64,000 bases of DNA. Source: Candidatus Bathyarchaeota archaeon (GTDB lineage Archaea; Thermoproteota; Bathyarchaeia; Bathyarchaeales; Bathycorpusculaceae). Made by a program: the position numbers and the translations under genes. The notes under the pieces were generated by a model. The model made no database searches. It was not told the origin of the DNA and was given only the letters and a program-made list of their open reading frames with translations. Below, piece by piece: positions 1-9,653 of the stretch. Numbering within the stretch: position 1 is the first letter of the stretch; every line of letters starts with the position of its first letter. The stretch spans positions 64,001 to 128,000 of the forward strand of contig CAVZIW010000003.1 in the NCBI GenBank assembly GCA_963775465.1, in the 5' to 3' direction.

Positions 1-46
1 CTGGTTTTTTGTCGTATCGTGCCACTATTCCAACATTTTTGTACAC
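1..46 (-). CDS. 5' end of a gene running off the window edge, possibly NAD kinase
   Basis: GTG at 46 preceded by an SD-like GGTGG; reads MYKNVGIVARYDKKP, which resembles NAD kinase N-termini; only 15 codons visible. Confidence 0.35.
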   Translation of the reverse strand, partial: MYKNVGIVARYDKKP

Positions 47-137
47 TGTTCCACCGCTGAATAATTAGCTAAAACCTTAATCTATATATGGGTGTTGTTC
101 AGAATGAAGAGAGTAAGAATAAAATTGTGGTGAATGT

Positions 138-530
138 ATGAGCAGACCTACAGATGTCGGAAGTTTACGCGTTGGTGGTTATATGATGATTGACGGAGAT
201 CCATGCCGAATCGTAGACATTGCAAAATCAAAGCCCGGAAAACATGGGGCGGCAAAAGCCAGAATCGTAGCAATTGGCGTTTTTGATAATCAAAAAAGGC
301 AATTTGTTAAATCAGTGGATGGTAGTGCAGAAGTGCCAATAGTTGACAAACGTGCAGGTCAAGTTTTTGCAGTCAACCCAACAGGAGTCCAAATCATGGA
401 TTTGGAAACATATGAATACATTGATGCTCCCTATCCCGAGGAGGAAGACCTTAAAGCAAAACTCGTTGCCGGTGCAGAGATCGAATATTGGAAGATCCTT
501 GGTAGAGTAAAAATCGTTAGAGCAAAATAA
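138..530 (+). CDS. eif5a: translation factor aIF5A
   Basis: hypusine motif KSKPGKHGAAK, 130 aa. Confidence 0.97.
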   Translation: MSRPTDVGSLRVGGYMMIDGDPCRIVDIAKSKPGKHGAAKARIVAIGVFDNQKRQFVKSVDGSAEVPIVDKRAGQVFAVNPTGVQIMDLETYEYIDAPYPEEEDLKAKLVAGAEIEYWKILGRVKIVRAK

Positions 531-688
531 CTCAGCGATTAGTTCTTTCCTTTCTTTATTAAATATCTGAATAAAAGTTATCTTTGTATTTATTTATTTT
601 AGATCATGCAAAATTCTGATGGATTATTTATTTGCGTTATTTTGTTTGTCTGCTAGAACTTCAACACTTAACAATTCTTGTTGTTATT

Positions 689-916
689 CTACCAACCTCT
701 TCCGTGCGTAGAGGGAGAGCAGTTTTTGGACCTCGTTGTTGCAAAATTTTTCTCGGGATTTTTTGCTATTCTTATAGATAATGTGGATGGCTTAGTTTTT
801 GGGTAATTTAAAAGAACTCTACGGTATTGTTTTTTAACCCTTAATCTGCAAGAACTCTGACTGCTCTTGGTTGTCCATATCTTGGGATGTCCGTCTTTTT
901 TTATTCTTTGGTGCAC
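689..916 (-). CDS. small basic hypothetical ORF, weakly S30e-like
   Basis: 75 aa Lys/Arg-rich ORF from GTG; HPKI...RLRVKKQYRRVLL loosely resembles the S30e C-terminal half. Confidence 0.25.
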   Translation of the reverse strand: MHQRIKKDGHPKIWTTKSSQSSCRLRVKKQYRRVLLNYPKTKPSTLSIRIAKNPEKNFATTRSKNCSPSTHGRGW

Positions 917-1049
917 TTGCTTTATTGACTAAAAGTCTGACAGTTTCATTGGCTTTCATGAAGATGAAAAGGCGCTAACTGGATTAGAAATTATACACAC
1001 TTCTATTTAATTAATTAAAGTTTATTTTCTAGATCAAAGCTTTCTGCTC

Positions 1050-1118
1050 TGAAGCCAATGATGCATGAAGAGCCGTCTGAATTGTGAAGAATACTCAAAT
1101 GGGGAAACTGAGGCTTCA
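1050..1118 (+). ncRNA. probable box C/D guide sRNA
   Basis: terminal stem TGAAGCC/GGCTTCA; box C ATGATGC 1058-1064, D' CTGA 1077-1080, C' GTGAAGA 1084-1090, D CTGA 1108-1111. Confidence 0.7.
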
Positions 1119-1215
1119 AAAAACCTGGTAACTTAGGCAATAACCGAAATACCTTTTTTTTGAATGTAATCTTTATTTAAAAGAATTAACGAATGTTAAA
1201 GCGCTGGAGAATCTG

Positions 1216-2562
1216 ATGGCACTCGACAAGTTAGGCTCCTCGTTAACCTCGGCTATAAAGAAACTGTTTAAAGCCGGCTTAGTAGACGAAGCGGCAGTTA
1301 AAGAACTGGTCCGTGACATCCAACGTGCACTTTTACAGTCAGACGTAAACGTGCAACTTGTCTTGGAAATCTCTAAACGTATTGAAGAACGCGCTCTGAA
1401 AGAGAAAATGCCGCCAGGTATCTCACGACGAGAACACGTTATCAAAGTAGTTTATGAAGAGTTAACCCGCTTTGTTGGTGATAAACCGGTTCCACTCAAA
1501 GTGGAGCCAGGAAAAAAGAAAATTATAATGCTTGTCGGCATTCAAGGCTCAGGAAAAACCACACACTCTGCAAAACTAGCTAGATACTTCCAAAAACGTG
1601 GTGTAAAAGTAGGTTTGATCTGCGCAGATACCTACCGTCCAGGCGCCTTTGCTCAACTTCAACAACTAGCAGCGAGAATTAACCTACAAATCTTTGGTGA
1701 TGCCAAAGCTAAAGACCCAGTCAAGGTGGTTAAGGAAGGTCTCAAACAATTCAATGACAAAGACCTCATAATTGTAGACACAGCTGGTCGTCACAAAGAA
1801 GAGAAGGACTTAATCAAGGAAATGAAAGACCTTGAAAAACACATCCATCCCGACGAAGTTATAATGGTTATCGACGGTACTATAGGTCAGCAAGCCCTTA
1901 TCCAAGCTAGAACTTTTCACGAAGCAACTCCAATAGGAGCAATTATAGTAACTAAACTTGATGGTTCATCTCGTGGAGGTGGTGCTCTCTCTGCGGTTGC
2001 AGCGACTGGTGCACCTATCAAGTTTATCGGTACAGGCGAAAAAATCGAAGACCTTGAAGCCTTTATCCCTTCACGATTCGTTGGTCGCCTCTTAGGAATG
2101 GGCGACTTAGAAACCTTGTTGGAGAAAGTGCATGAAGCTGAAATTAAAGTCCCCCCAAAGAAAGCTAAGGAAATCATGAGTGGAAACTTCACGTTAACTG
2201 ATATGTATGAACAGTTTAGTGCAGTTAAAAATATGGGACCATTCGGTAAAGTTCTCAAGATGTTGCCTGGCATGTCCTATGATATTCCTGACGATATGCT
2301 AAACTCAGCTGAAGGGCGATTGGATAAATGGCGAGTTATTATTCAATCCATGACTGTTAGAGAAAGAGAGAATCCCAAACTGCTAAATTCTTCGCGAGCA
2401 AGGCGGATCGCTCGTGGGTCAGGAACAACTGAAAAAGACGTCAAGGAACTTCTTAAGCAGTACGTTATGATGCGTAAAATGCTAAAGATGTTTAAACGCA
2501 AAAAGAAGCTGCCCTTTGGCTTGGGGGGCAAAGGAATGGGTATGCCGTCAGGCTATAAGTAG
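1216..2562 (+). CDS. ffh: signal recognition particle protein SRP54
   Basis: GIQGSGKTT, DTAGRH and TKLD GTPase motifs; M domain with SRARRIARGSG. Confidence 0.97.
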   Translation: MALDKLGSSLTSAIKKLFKAGLVDEAAVKELVRDIQRALLQSDVNVQLVLEISKRIEERALKEKMPPGISRREHVIKVVYEELTRFVGDKPVPLKVEPGKKKIIMLVGIQGSGKTTHSAKLARYFQKRGVKVGLICADTYRPGAFAQLQQLAARINLQIFGDAKAKDPVKVVKEGLKQFNDKDLIIVDTAGRHKEEKDLIKEMKDLEKHIHPDEVIMVIDGTIGQQALIQARTFHEATPIGAIIVTKLDGSSRGGGALSAVAATGAPIKFIGTGEKIEDLEAFIPSRFVGRLLGMGDLETLLEKVHEAEIKVPPKKAKEIMSGNFTLTDMYEQFSAVKNMGPFGKVLKMLPGMSYDIPDDMLNSAEGRLDKWRVIIQSMTVRERENPKLLNSSRARRIARGSGTTEKDVKELLKQYVMMRKMLKMFKRKKKLPFGLGGKGMGMPSGYK

Positions 2563-2572
2563 GCAACGGATA

Positions 2573-3901
2573 ATGGGTGTTTTAGAAAAAGCCTTCGAGA
2601 TGCTCAGTAGATATCCCCTTTGTGACCACTGTTTGGGTAGACAATTTGCGCAGCTTGGTTATAGAATGGAGAATAACGTTCGTGGTCAAGCGCTAAAAAT
2701 TAGTTTGACCATGCAAGCCAACGATCGCGCTAATGAAAATGATGATGAAGGTATTAAACAGCTCAAAGTTTTAGCTACCAATGGCTATTCAATGGAAGCT
2801 CAAGAAACCCTGAAAAATCTTAAACATCTTCAAAAGTATGACAAAGAAACTAACTGTTTCCTCTGTGAAGACAAATTCAAGTCAGTTGAGAACTTAACCC
2901 TAAAGGCTCTTCAAGTGATCGGAAACCACGAATTTACCACCTTCCTTGTAGGTATTGAAATGCCTGCTGAAGTTGAGGAGCGCGAAGATGAGTTTAAAGC
3001 TAGATTCAATGTAAACTTCGGCGAAAGTATGCGTCACGAATTTGGTCGAATCTTTGGTAAAGCAATTGCCAAAGCTACATGCAAAGAGGCTGAGTATTTA
3101 ATTCCTGATTTGGTAATAGTTGTTAATCCTTTTTTAGAAAAAGTTCGCCTCCAAATTAACCCCTTATTCATCGCAGGCAGATACCGCAAATTCTTGCGGG
3201 ACATTCCTCAATCCACTTGGTTCTGCTCAGACTGCCGAGGTAAAGGCTGCAACAAATGTGGTAAAACAGGGAAATTGTACCCTGAATCAGTAGAATCGTT
3301 GTCTTCCAAACTGCTTCTAGAAGCTTTACAAGGTCACGAAGTATTTTTCCATGCTTCAGGTCGCGAAGATATTGATGCACGAATGTTAGGAAACGGACGA
3401 CCATTTGTGATTGAAATCTCCAAACCAAAAAAACGTTTTTTGAATCTGATGGCTTTAGAGAAAAAAGTTAATGTTAGTGCTGTCGGAAAAATTGAAGTTT
3501 CAGGGCTTCATTTCACAACTAAGGAAGTTGTTCGACGTCTCAAGAAAGGCGAGAATGCTCAGAAAGAGTATGCATTACTTGCTGAATTTGAAAGAGATCT
3601 CACCGACAGAGATCTGGGTATAATTCAAAAGGACTTTTCTGAAGTCACGATTAAGCAGCGGACCCCCTTGCGTGTTGTGCATCGAAGGGCAGATATTGTA
3701 CGGGAAAGGTACATATATAAGGTTAAAGTTAAGAAGGTGTCGCTTAAGAGGGCTCTGCTGGAAATTCGTTGCCAGGGCGGGCTCTATGTGAAAGAATTGG
3801 TATCTGGAGATGAAGGACGCACAATCCCAAACGTGTCAGATTCACTCGGAAACCCCGCTAAGACGCTTAAGCTTGACGTTATCAACGTAATGATGGAATA
3901 A
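2573..3901 (+). CDS. pus10: tRNA pseudouridine(54/55) synthase Pus10
   Basis: LCDHCLGR, SGREDIDARMLG, QRTPLRVVHRR and GGLYVKEL motifs; start moved to ATG 2573 after the SRP54 stop. Confidence 0.95.
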   Translation: MGVLEKAFEMLSRYPLCDHCLGRQFAQLGYRMENNVRGQALKISLTMQANDRANENDDEGIKQLKVLATNGYSMEAQETLKNLKHLQKYDKETNCFLCEDKFKSVENLTLKALQVIGNHEFTTFLVGIEMPAEVEEREDEFKARFNVNFGESMRHEFGRIFGKAIAKATCKEAEYLIPDLVIVVNPFLEKVRLQINPLFIAGRYRKFLRDIPQSTWFCSDCRGKGCNKCGKTGKLYPESVESLSSKLLLEALQGHEVFFHASGREDIDARMLGNGRPFVIEISKPKKRFLNLMALEKKVNVSAVGKIEVSGLHFTTKEVVRRLKKGENAQKEYALLAEFERDLTDRDLGIIQKDFSEVTIKQRTPLRVVHRRADIVRERYIYKVKVKKVSLKRALLEIRCQGGLYVKELVSGDEGRTIPNVSDSLGNPAKTLKLDVINVMME

Positions 3902-3916
3902 ATAGGTGAAAATTAG

Positions 3917-4213
3917 ATGAGAGGTTCAAAAGGCTACTACACTGGAACTCGCAGTTTGCTGCGCAAGCCAACTCGCGAAAAAGGAAAACCAAATATTGGA
4001 AAAATTCTTCAGGATTACGCTTTAGGTTCCCAAGTTATTATTAAAATGGATTCCAGTATGCAAAAGAGTATGCCCCATAAACGTTTCCATGGCAAAATCG
4101 GCACCATAAAAGAGAAACGCGGCAGAGGATATGTTGTTAGCGTTCCGCAAGGAAACAGCATAAAAGATATAATCGTACGACCCGAACATATAGAACCTTA
4201 CACGGGTACTTGA
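3917..4213 (+). CDS. rpl21e: 50S ribosomal protein L21e
   Basis: MPHKRFHGKIG and RPEHI motifs; conserved context. Confidence 0.96.
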   Translation: MRGSKGYYTGTRSLLRKPTREKGKPNIGKILQDYALGSQVIIKMDSSMQKSMPHKRFHGKIGTIKEKRGRGYVVSVPQGNSIKDIIVRPEHIEPYTGT

Positions 4214-4223
4214 GGAAAAAAGC

Positions 4224-4562
4224 ATGAGTAAGAGAGAAGTCAGTGAAACTCGTCTAACGATTCCACAGGTCAAGAAGCTTTTGGAAACCGTCGGTGAAGA
4301 AAACCTTGATCAATTCCAGCGGCGAACCCTCGATTATGCGTGTAAATTCGCTAAAGTTGACGCTGTAAAAGCTGAAGATCTCTTGCAAACCCTCATTAAA
4401 GAATACGAGCTTAACGAAGCTGAGGCAGTGCAAATTATTAATTGCATGCCAGAAACAGTGGATGAGCTTCGAGTTTTCTTAGCAGGAGGCAAAAAAATTA
4501 TCGAGACCTCTAAACTACATTCAATTGTAGAACTTTTAAATGAAAACAGGATCCTCAAGTAG
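4224..4562 (+). CDS. rpo4: RNA polymerase subunit Rpo4 (RpoF)
   Basis: HRDC-like QIINCMPETVDELR; conserved L21e-rpoF-DUF655-ksgA order. Confidence 0.92.
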   Translation: MSKREVSETRLTIPQVKKLLETVGEENLDQFQRRTLDYACKFAKVDAVKAEDLLQTLIKEYELNEAEAVQIINCMPETVDELRVFLAGGKKIIETSKLHSIVELLNENRILK

Positions 4563-4626
4563 AGGAAAGCAAACAAGTATTTTTAAGCAGAAAGCGAGAA
4601 TACAGTTAGAGGACTCTGTGATTGTT

Positions 4627-5193
4627 ATGGAAAAGCGGTATGAAGAGCATGCTTACGTAATAGATTTTCTGCCCCATGGTAAGGCAGGTTTTCGTCCAAC
4701 TGGACGTGCAGGTTACCGAGCAGGAGCTCTCATTCAATGTGTAGGGGAAGAATTCTTTACCCTTTTGGAAGCTTTAGTTAAAGAGGGTTTAATGTTAAAA
4801 CCCGGTGACCGCGTTTACGTGGGTAAGGATTCTCGGGACGAAGTTACCTACATCATTGGTCGTGTAGGCTATGAGGAATTAACAGCTTCGGCAAGAGCAG
4901 AACTATCCGCTGTTATTAGTAAGATTGTACAGAACCGCGAGAAATGGTTTGTCCACTTCTTCAACACCACGCAAGCAATTACTCCCCGTATGCATGCCTT
5001 AGAGCTTGTTCCCGGCATTGGCAAAAAATATATGTGGCAAGTTATAAATGAGCGACAACGCAAACCTTTTGAAAGCTTTGAAGATTTGCAGAAACGAACA
5101 GAATTGCCAAATCCTGTAAAGTTGATTACGAAAAGAGTGCTGGAAGAGCTCGAGGGTGACAGCAAGTACCGTTTATTCACGCGAACGCAGTAA
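4627..5193 (+). CDS. DUF655 family putative RNA-binding protein
   Basis: EEHAYVIDFLP, FTLLE and HhH motif LELVPGIGKK; context. Confidence 0.9.
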   Translation: MEKRYEEHAYVIDFLPHGKAGFRPTGRAGYRAGALIQCVGEEFFTLLEALVKEGLMLKPGDRVYVGKDSRDEVTYIIGRVGYEELTASARAELSAVISKIVQNREKWFVHFFNTTQAITPRMHALELVPGIGKKYMWQVINERQRKPFESFEDLQKRTELPNPVKLITKRVLEELEGDSKYRLFTRTQ

Positions 5194-5203
5194 GGCATAA
5201 AAA

Positions 5204-6022
5204 ATGAGTCTTGAGGAAATCAGGCGGTTACTCTATGCTCATCATATAAACCCCAAAAAATTTTTAGGGCAAAACTTCCTGATTGAGCCTTCACTATACC
5301 AAAAAATGAGTACATATGCCGAATTGAGCAAGTTTGATGTAGTTTTAGATGTTGGAGCCGGTTTTGGGTTTCTGACATGTTTTCTATCTGATAGATGTAA
5401 GAGTGTAATTGCTGTAGAGAAAGATCAACAGGTTGCAAAAATTCTCAAAGAACAAACTAAGGGCTTGGATAATGTGCTTATAATCGAAGGAGATGTGTTA
5501 AAAGCGGAATTGCCACCGTTCAATAAAGTGGTTGCGGTTCCCCCTTATTATCTGTCTTCTAGATTGGTAACATGGATTTTGGAAAAAAGAGTTGACCTTG
5601 CAGTTATGATTTTACAGAAAGAGTTCAGCCACAGGCTTGTTGCAACTGTTGGTAGTGAAGAGTACGGCTGGTTAACCGTTGTTGCTAGTCAGTGTACAGA
5701 AGTTGAGCTTTTGGATGCAGTGCCCAAAGAGATGTTCCATCCCTCTCCTGAAGTGGACTCTGTAATTCTTTGTTTAAAGCATCAAAATATTAGACATTTC
5801 GAAGTGAAAAATGAAGTATTATTTGTACGATTAGTTAAGTGGCTTTTTACTCAACGTAACAAAAAACTTGCCAAAGCACTCGTACCCTACATAAAAACAT
5901 ATTTCAAGTTTTCTAAATCAGATGCCGAAGAAATTGCCTTTAATATTCCATTCCATAATAAAAGAGTTAGAGAGTTGTCACCTCAAGATTTCGGAGTAAT
6001 AGCAAATGCACTGCCCGACTAA
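5204..6022 (+). CDS. rsmA: 16S rRNA adenine dimethyltransferase KsgA/Dim1
   Basis: LGQNFL, DVGAGFG, PPYY, FHPSPEVDS and FTQRNKKL motifs. Confidence 0.93.
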   Translation: MSLEEIRRLLYAHHINPKKFLGQNFLIEPSLYQKMSTYAELSKFDVVLDVGAGFGFLTCFLSDRCKSVIAVEKDQQVAKILKEQTKGLDNVLIIEGDVLKAELPPFNKVVAVPPYYLSSRLVTWILEKRVDLAVMILQKEFSHRLVATVGSEEYGWLTVVASQCTEVELLDAVPKEMFHPSPEVDSVILCLKHQNIRHFEVKNEVLFVRLVKWLFTQRNKKLAKALVPYIKTYFKFSKSDAEEIAFNIPFHNKRVRELSPQDFGVIANALPD

Positions 6023-6620
6023 ACGTGTGCACTTTGAGAACCTTATTTTTGATGTATGTGATGAAGTTTACGAGCCAGCTGAAGATACCTTTCTTTTCGC
6101 CGAAAACCTTGATGTCAAAAAAGATGAGTGGGTTTTGGATTTGGGTACTGGTTGTGGTATTCTTGGAGTGTTGGCGGCAAAAATAGCTGATTTTGTATTT
6201 GCAGTTGACCTGAATCCGATCGCCGTTAGTTTTGCAAAACAGAATTCTCTACTCAATAATTTGCGTGAAGGGATGGCTTTTCTTCAAGCTGATTTGCTTT
6301 CAGCATTTAGTGATAAAGCGACCTTTGACTTGATTTTGTTCAATGCACCTTATTTACCCTCTGGCTCGGATGAGTTTACTTCTTGGATAGGACGTTCATG
6401 GGCAGGAGGCTTTGATGGGCGGCATGTTGTCGACCGATTTATTACTAAAGTGCCTCCACATTTAAAACCGGAAGGCAGAGTGCTTTTAATGCAATCAACC
6501 CTTACTGGGGTCGAAGAAACTCTCAGAAAATTTGATGAAAATCGTCTTACGGCAAAAGTTAAAGCTGAAAAGAAATTACCTTTCTTTGAAACTTTGACAC
6601 TTATTGAAGCTAAACGATAA
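6006..6620 (+). CDS. HemK2/Mtq2 family protein-glutamine methyltransferase
   Basis: VYEPAEDTFL, DLGTGCG, NAPY and WAGG motifs. Confidence 0.9.
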   Translation: MHCPTKRVHFENLIFDVCDEVYEPAEDTFLFAENLDVKKDEWVLDLGTGCGILGVLAAKIADFVFAVDLNPIAVSFAKQNSLLNNLREGMAFLQADLLSAFSDKATFDLILFNAPYLPSGSDEFTSWIGRSWAGGFDGRHVVDRFITKVPPHLKPEGRVLLMQSTLTGVEETLRKFDENRLTAKVKAEKKLPFFETLTLIEAKR

Positions 6621-6674
6621 TCTGGCAAAGAAATAATTTAAAGCAGAACCACCTCAATATTATCTGGTGTTTAT

Positions 6675-7004
6675 ATGACCATTTGGTTTTACGTTAAAAC
6701 TGATGATGATCCAAAAGTTGTGGGAGATATTGTCTGCGCCTTCAACTATACGGAGGGCAAACATCCTGGAGATAAATACTCTTGGATTATGGAAGTAGGT
6801 AAAGATGAGCCTGGATATTGGGATATTAAGGGCAAATACGCTGGTTTAAAGGATCTGACTGAAATAGGGATTGTTTACAGAATCGGTGACTCCGTGGTCT
6901 TAGCAGAAATTGACGATAATTTAGCGCCTGCCTTTATAGACCCTTTAATTTCCAAATACGGGTTTAATAATATTAAATGGATTGTTGTCCCTGAAAAGAA
7001 ATAG
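6675..7004 (+). CDS. hypothetical protein
   Basis: 109 aa ORF with SD GGTG, upstream TTTAAA and a downstream T-tract. Confidence 0.75.
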   Translation: MTIWFYVKTDDDPKVVGDIVCAFNYTEGKHPGDKYSWIMEVGKDEPGYWDIKGKYAGLKDLTEIGIVYRIGDSVVLAEIDDNLAPAFIDPLISKYGFNNIKWIVVPEKK

Positions 7005-7085
7005 TTGCTTTACTCGGCTTTTTTCAATCTTTTTTACATTATTTTTATTTTCAAAAATTAAATAAAAAACTTTTTCCGTTTATAT

Positions 7086-7571
7086 TTATTGTTTATCATA
7101 TTTTTCGACTTCATCATTAACGATGGTCAGTTCAATTCCTGCTTGCTTAAACATCTCAATGGTGTCTGAATCTGCATGATACCGTTTAGCACAAACAACT
7201 CGCCTGATCCCCGCATTAATTATCATCATCGCACAGGTTCGGCAAGGCGTCATCTTGCAAAAAAGCGTGGAGCCTTCCAGCGAAATTCCAAACCGCGCTG
7301 CTTGAATAATCGCATTTTGTTCTGCATGTAAGGTTCGAACGCAATGTTGGGTTACTTCTCCATTCGAGTTGAAGACTTTACGCAAATCGTGCCCAGATTC
7401 GTCGCAGTGAGGCAACCCTGCTGGCGCGCCAACGTACCCAGTGGTCATTATACGCTTATCTTTAACTATTACGCAGCCGCTTCTACCGCGATTACACGTC
7501 GCACGTCTGGCTACGGCCTCGCATAAATCTAGAAAATACCTGTCCCAATTCGGTCGAAAATTAGTCTCCAC
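7086..7571 (-). CDS. dCMP deaminase (ComEB family)
   Basis: HAEQNA and PCRTC zinc-deaminase motifs. Confidence 0.92.
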   Translation of the reverse strand: METNFRPNWDRYFLDLCEAVARRATCNRGRSGCVIVKDKRIMTTGYVGAPAGLPHCDESGHDLRKVFNSNGEVTQHCVRTLHAEQNAIIQAARFGISLEGSTLFCKMTPCRTCAMMIINAGIRRVVCAKRYHADSDTIEMFKQAGIELTIVNDEVEKYDKQ

Positions 7572-7646
7572 GTATTTTGCCTTCTATATGTTTCTTAGAA
7601 AAATAGTTCATCAAACGAATTAATAAATTCTACATGCCGTGAAAGT

Positions 7647-8939
7647 TTATTTTTGGAGTATATGGATTTCTCTGCCTACTTTGTGACGTTCATCCATTTC
7701 AATTAGAGAAACAGTATTAACTAATCTGCCTACATCTAGCCCTTTAGCAAAGAGATCATTTGAGAAAACATAGACTCGCTTAAAACCGACATTTCTTAAT
7801 GTTTCGTCGATGGGCATAATTGTTGTTTGTCCTGAGCGGGTTTTAATGAAGGGAGTAGCAAGTACTAGTCGACCATTTGGCTTTAGAACTCTGTATGCTT
7901 GTTCGATAAAATCGTTAAATAGAGGCTCGAGTTTTTCAATAATCTTTTGCGCGTACGGCTCTGTGGGAAACTGTTTTAATGCTGGTCCTAAGTCGGGTTC
8001 TGATGCTATGCAGTCTATAGTTTCCAACCCAACTTTTTCAGCCAATCTGTCAATATCTCCTTGTATAACTCGAAAATCGCTATTGTTGAGCTCGTATTCT
8101 TGGACTATCCAGCCGAGGTTTTCACTAGCTGCTTTCACGCACCAGGAATTAACGTCTATGCCAACTACTGCTGCTCCCTCTAGCAAGGCTTCTTGGAGTA
8201 TAGTGCCTACTCCACAGAAGGAATCCAGCAGAGTTTTTCCAGCATTGCAGGAAGCCAAGTTTACCATAATTCTTGCTAGCCTAGGTGGCATGCCAAAAAT
8301 TGCACGTTGGTTTGGCTTGTAAATATCTCTTTTCTGGAAGTCGAAAGGGTTATGCACCGCTATTGTTGTTGCTATCCATGTTTCATTTTTTCCTATGCAG
8401 AAGAGAACTTCAGATAGTTTTTCCACTAACTCCTTTTTTATTACTTCCACGTGGCTCAGTTGGACATGTTTTTTGTCTCTAAACCCCATAAACTGCGATT
8501 TTTTCCCTAATTCCGCCAACCTTTCCTTTACGGCTCTTCCGACAAACCGTTGAATGTTTCCAAGCGATGATTGCAAATAATTGTTTGTACAATAAACGCT
8601 TACGCCAAAAAATGGTTTCTCAGCTGAATTTGCTATCCTGTCTGCTGCTTCGCTTGAGGCTATTTTTTCGCTTATTTGTTTTTGAGCTTGTATGTTTTTT
8701 TCTCCAAAAGCGTCTTTAATGATTTGAGTTGCTAAGATTGTTTTTATTTCACCGATTTTTATGGTTCCGCCCAAATCAGCAATTATTGATGTGTCAAGTT
8801 TTTGTTCAAAGTTGATTACGAAGAATTCTCGGCTAAAATATTGAATTGCGAAATTGATTTTTCTCGTTTGGAAATACGCGGATAGTTCTGCTAAAGAGAG
8901 GATCCAGTTTTTTCCCGAAATAAACGAGTAGGATAACAT
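7647..8939 (-). CDS. Trm11-like SAM-dependent RNA methyltransferase
   Basis: MPPRLARIMVNL and DSFCGVGT motifs; SEPDLG in place of DPPY. Confidence 0.75.
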   Translation of the reverse strand: MLSYSFISGKNWILSLAELSAYFQTRKINFAIQYFSREFFVINFEQKLDTSIIADLGGTIKIGEIKTILATQIIKDAFGEKNIQAQKQISEKIASSEAADRIANSAEKPFFGVSVYCTNNYLQSSLGNIQRFVGRAVKERLAELGKKSQFMGFRDKKHVQLSHVEVIKKELVEKLSEVLFCIGKNETWIATTIAVHNPFDFQKRDIYKPNQRAIFGMPPRLARIMVNLASCNAGKTLLDSFCGVGTILQEALLEGAAVVGIDVNSWCVKAASENLGWIVQEYELNNSDFRVIQGDIDRLAEKVGLETIDCIASEPDLGPALKQFPTEPYAQKIIEKLEPLFNDFIEQAYRVLKPNGRLVLATPFIKTRSGQTTIMPIDETLRNVGFKRVYVFSNDLFAKGLDVGRLVNTVSLIEMDERHKVGREIHILQK

Positions 8940-9110
8940 CTCGGAAATCAAACGTAATCTAAGTATTTAAGCAGATAACAGGTTGCCTTTAGAATAAAAT
9001 ATTTTAAGGATACAATTGGAATTCAAAAAAACACGGCAGCATTTACGTTTATTTACAAATCGTTTAAATATCGCTAAAGATGAGAGTATGCTACGCAAGG
9101 GGACTTTCCT

Positions 9111-9653
9111 ATGCATGCAAAAAACTACCGGCACGTGAAGAATAGAGCCTACACGCGGAAAGAATATGCAAGAGGCTTTCCGCCACCAAAAATCGTAAAG
9201 TTCACAATGGGTGACACTAAAGGCGTTTTTGAAGTTCAAGGGCAACTCATCGCTTTAGAGCGGGCCCAGATACGCCATAGCGCTTTGGAAGCAATGCGTG
9301 TGGCAACCAACCGTATTTTGATGGACAAAGTTGTCAACGATTACCTTATGGTTGTTCATCCGTATCCGCATATCATCTTGCGTGAAAATAAAATGATTTT
9401 CGGAGCGCATGCAGACCGTCTTCAACAGGGTATGCGACGCTCATTTGGGTCAGCAATCGGCACTGCCGCCAAAGTGGAAGCTGGTCAACCCATTATAACA
9501 GTGCGTGTTAAAACAGGTCAAGCTGAGGTGGCTAAAGAATCCCTTAAACGAGGAAGCGCAAAACTCCCCATACCTTGCAGAATTGTAATCTCCAAGATCG
9601 AAGCTTCTCCAAGCCAGACAGAGAATGCCCAGCCGGAGACGGAGACGATTTGA
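9111..9653 (+). CDS. rpl10e: 50S ribosomal protein L10e/uL16
   Basis: LRENKM...ADRLQQGMRRSFG. Confidence 0.96.
   Translation: MHAKNYRHVKNRAYTRKEYARGFPPPKIVKFTMGDTKGVFEVQGQLIALERAQIRHSALEAMRVATNRILMDKVVNDYLMVVHPYPHIILRENKMIFGAHADRLQQGMRRSFGSAIGTAAKVEAGQPIITVRVKTGQAEVAKESLKRGSAKLPIPCRIVISKIEASPSQTENAQPETETI

Noticed and set aside
531-1215. SRP (7S) RNA upstream of SRP54
   Set aside because: The region is AT-rich, with no long GC-rich helices and no helix-8 motif visible
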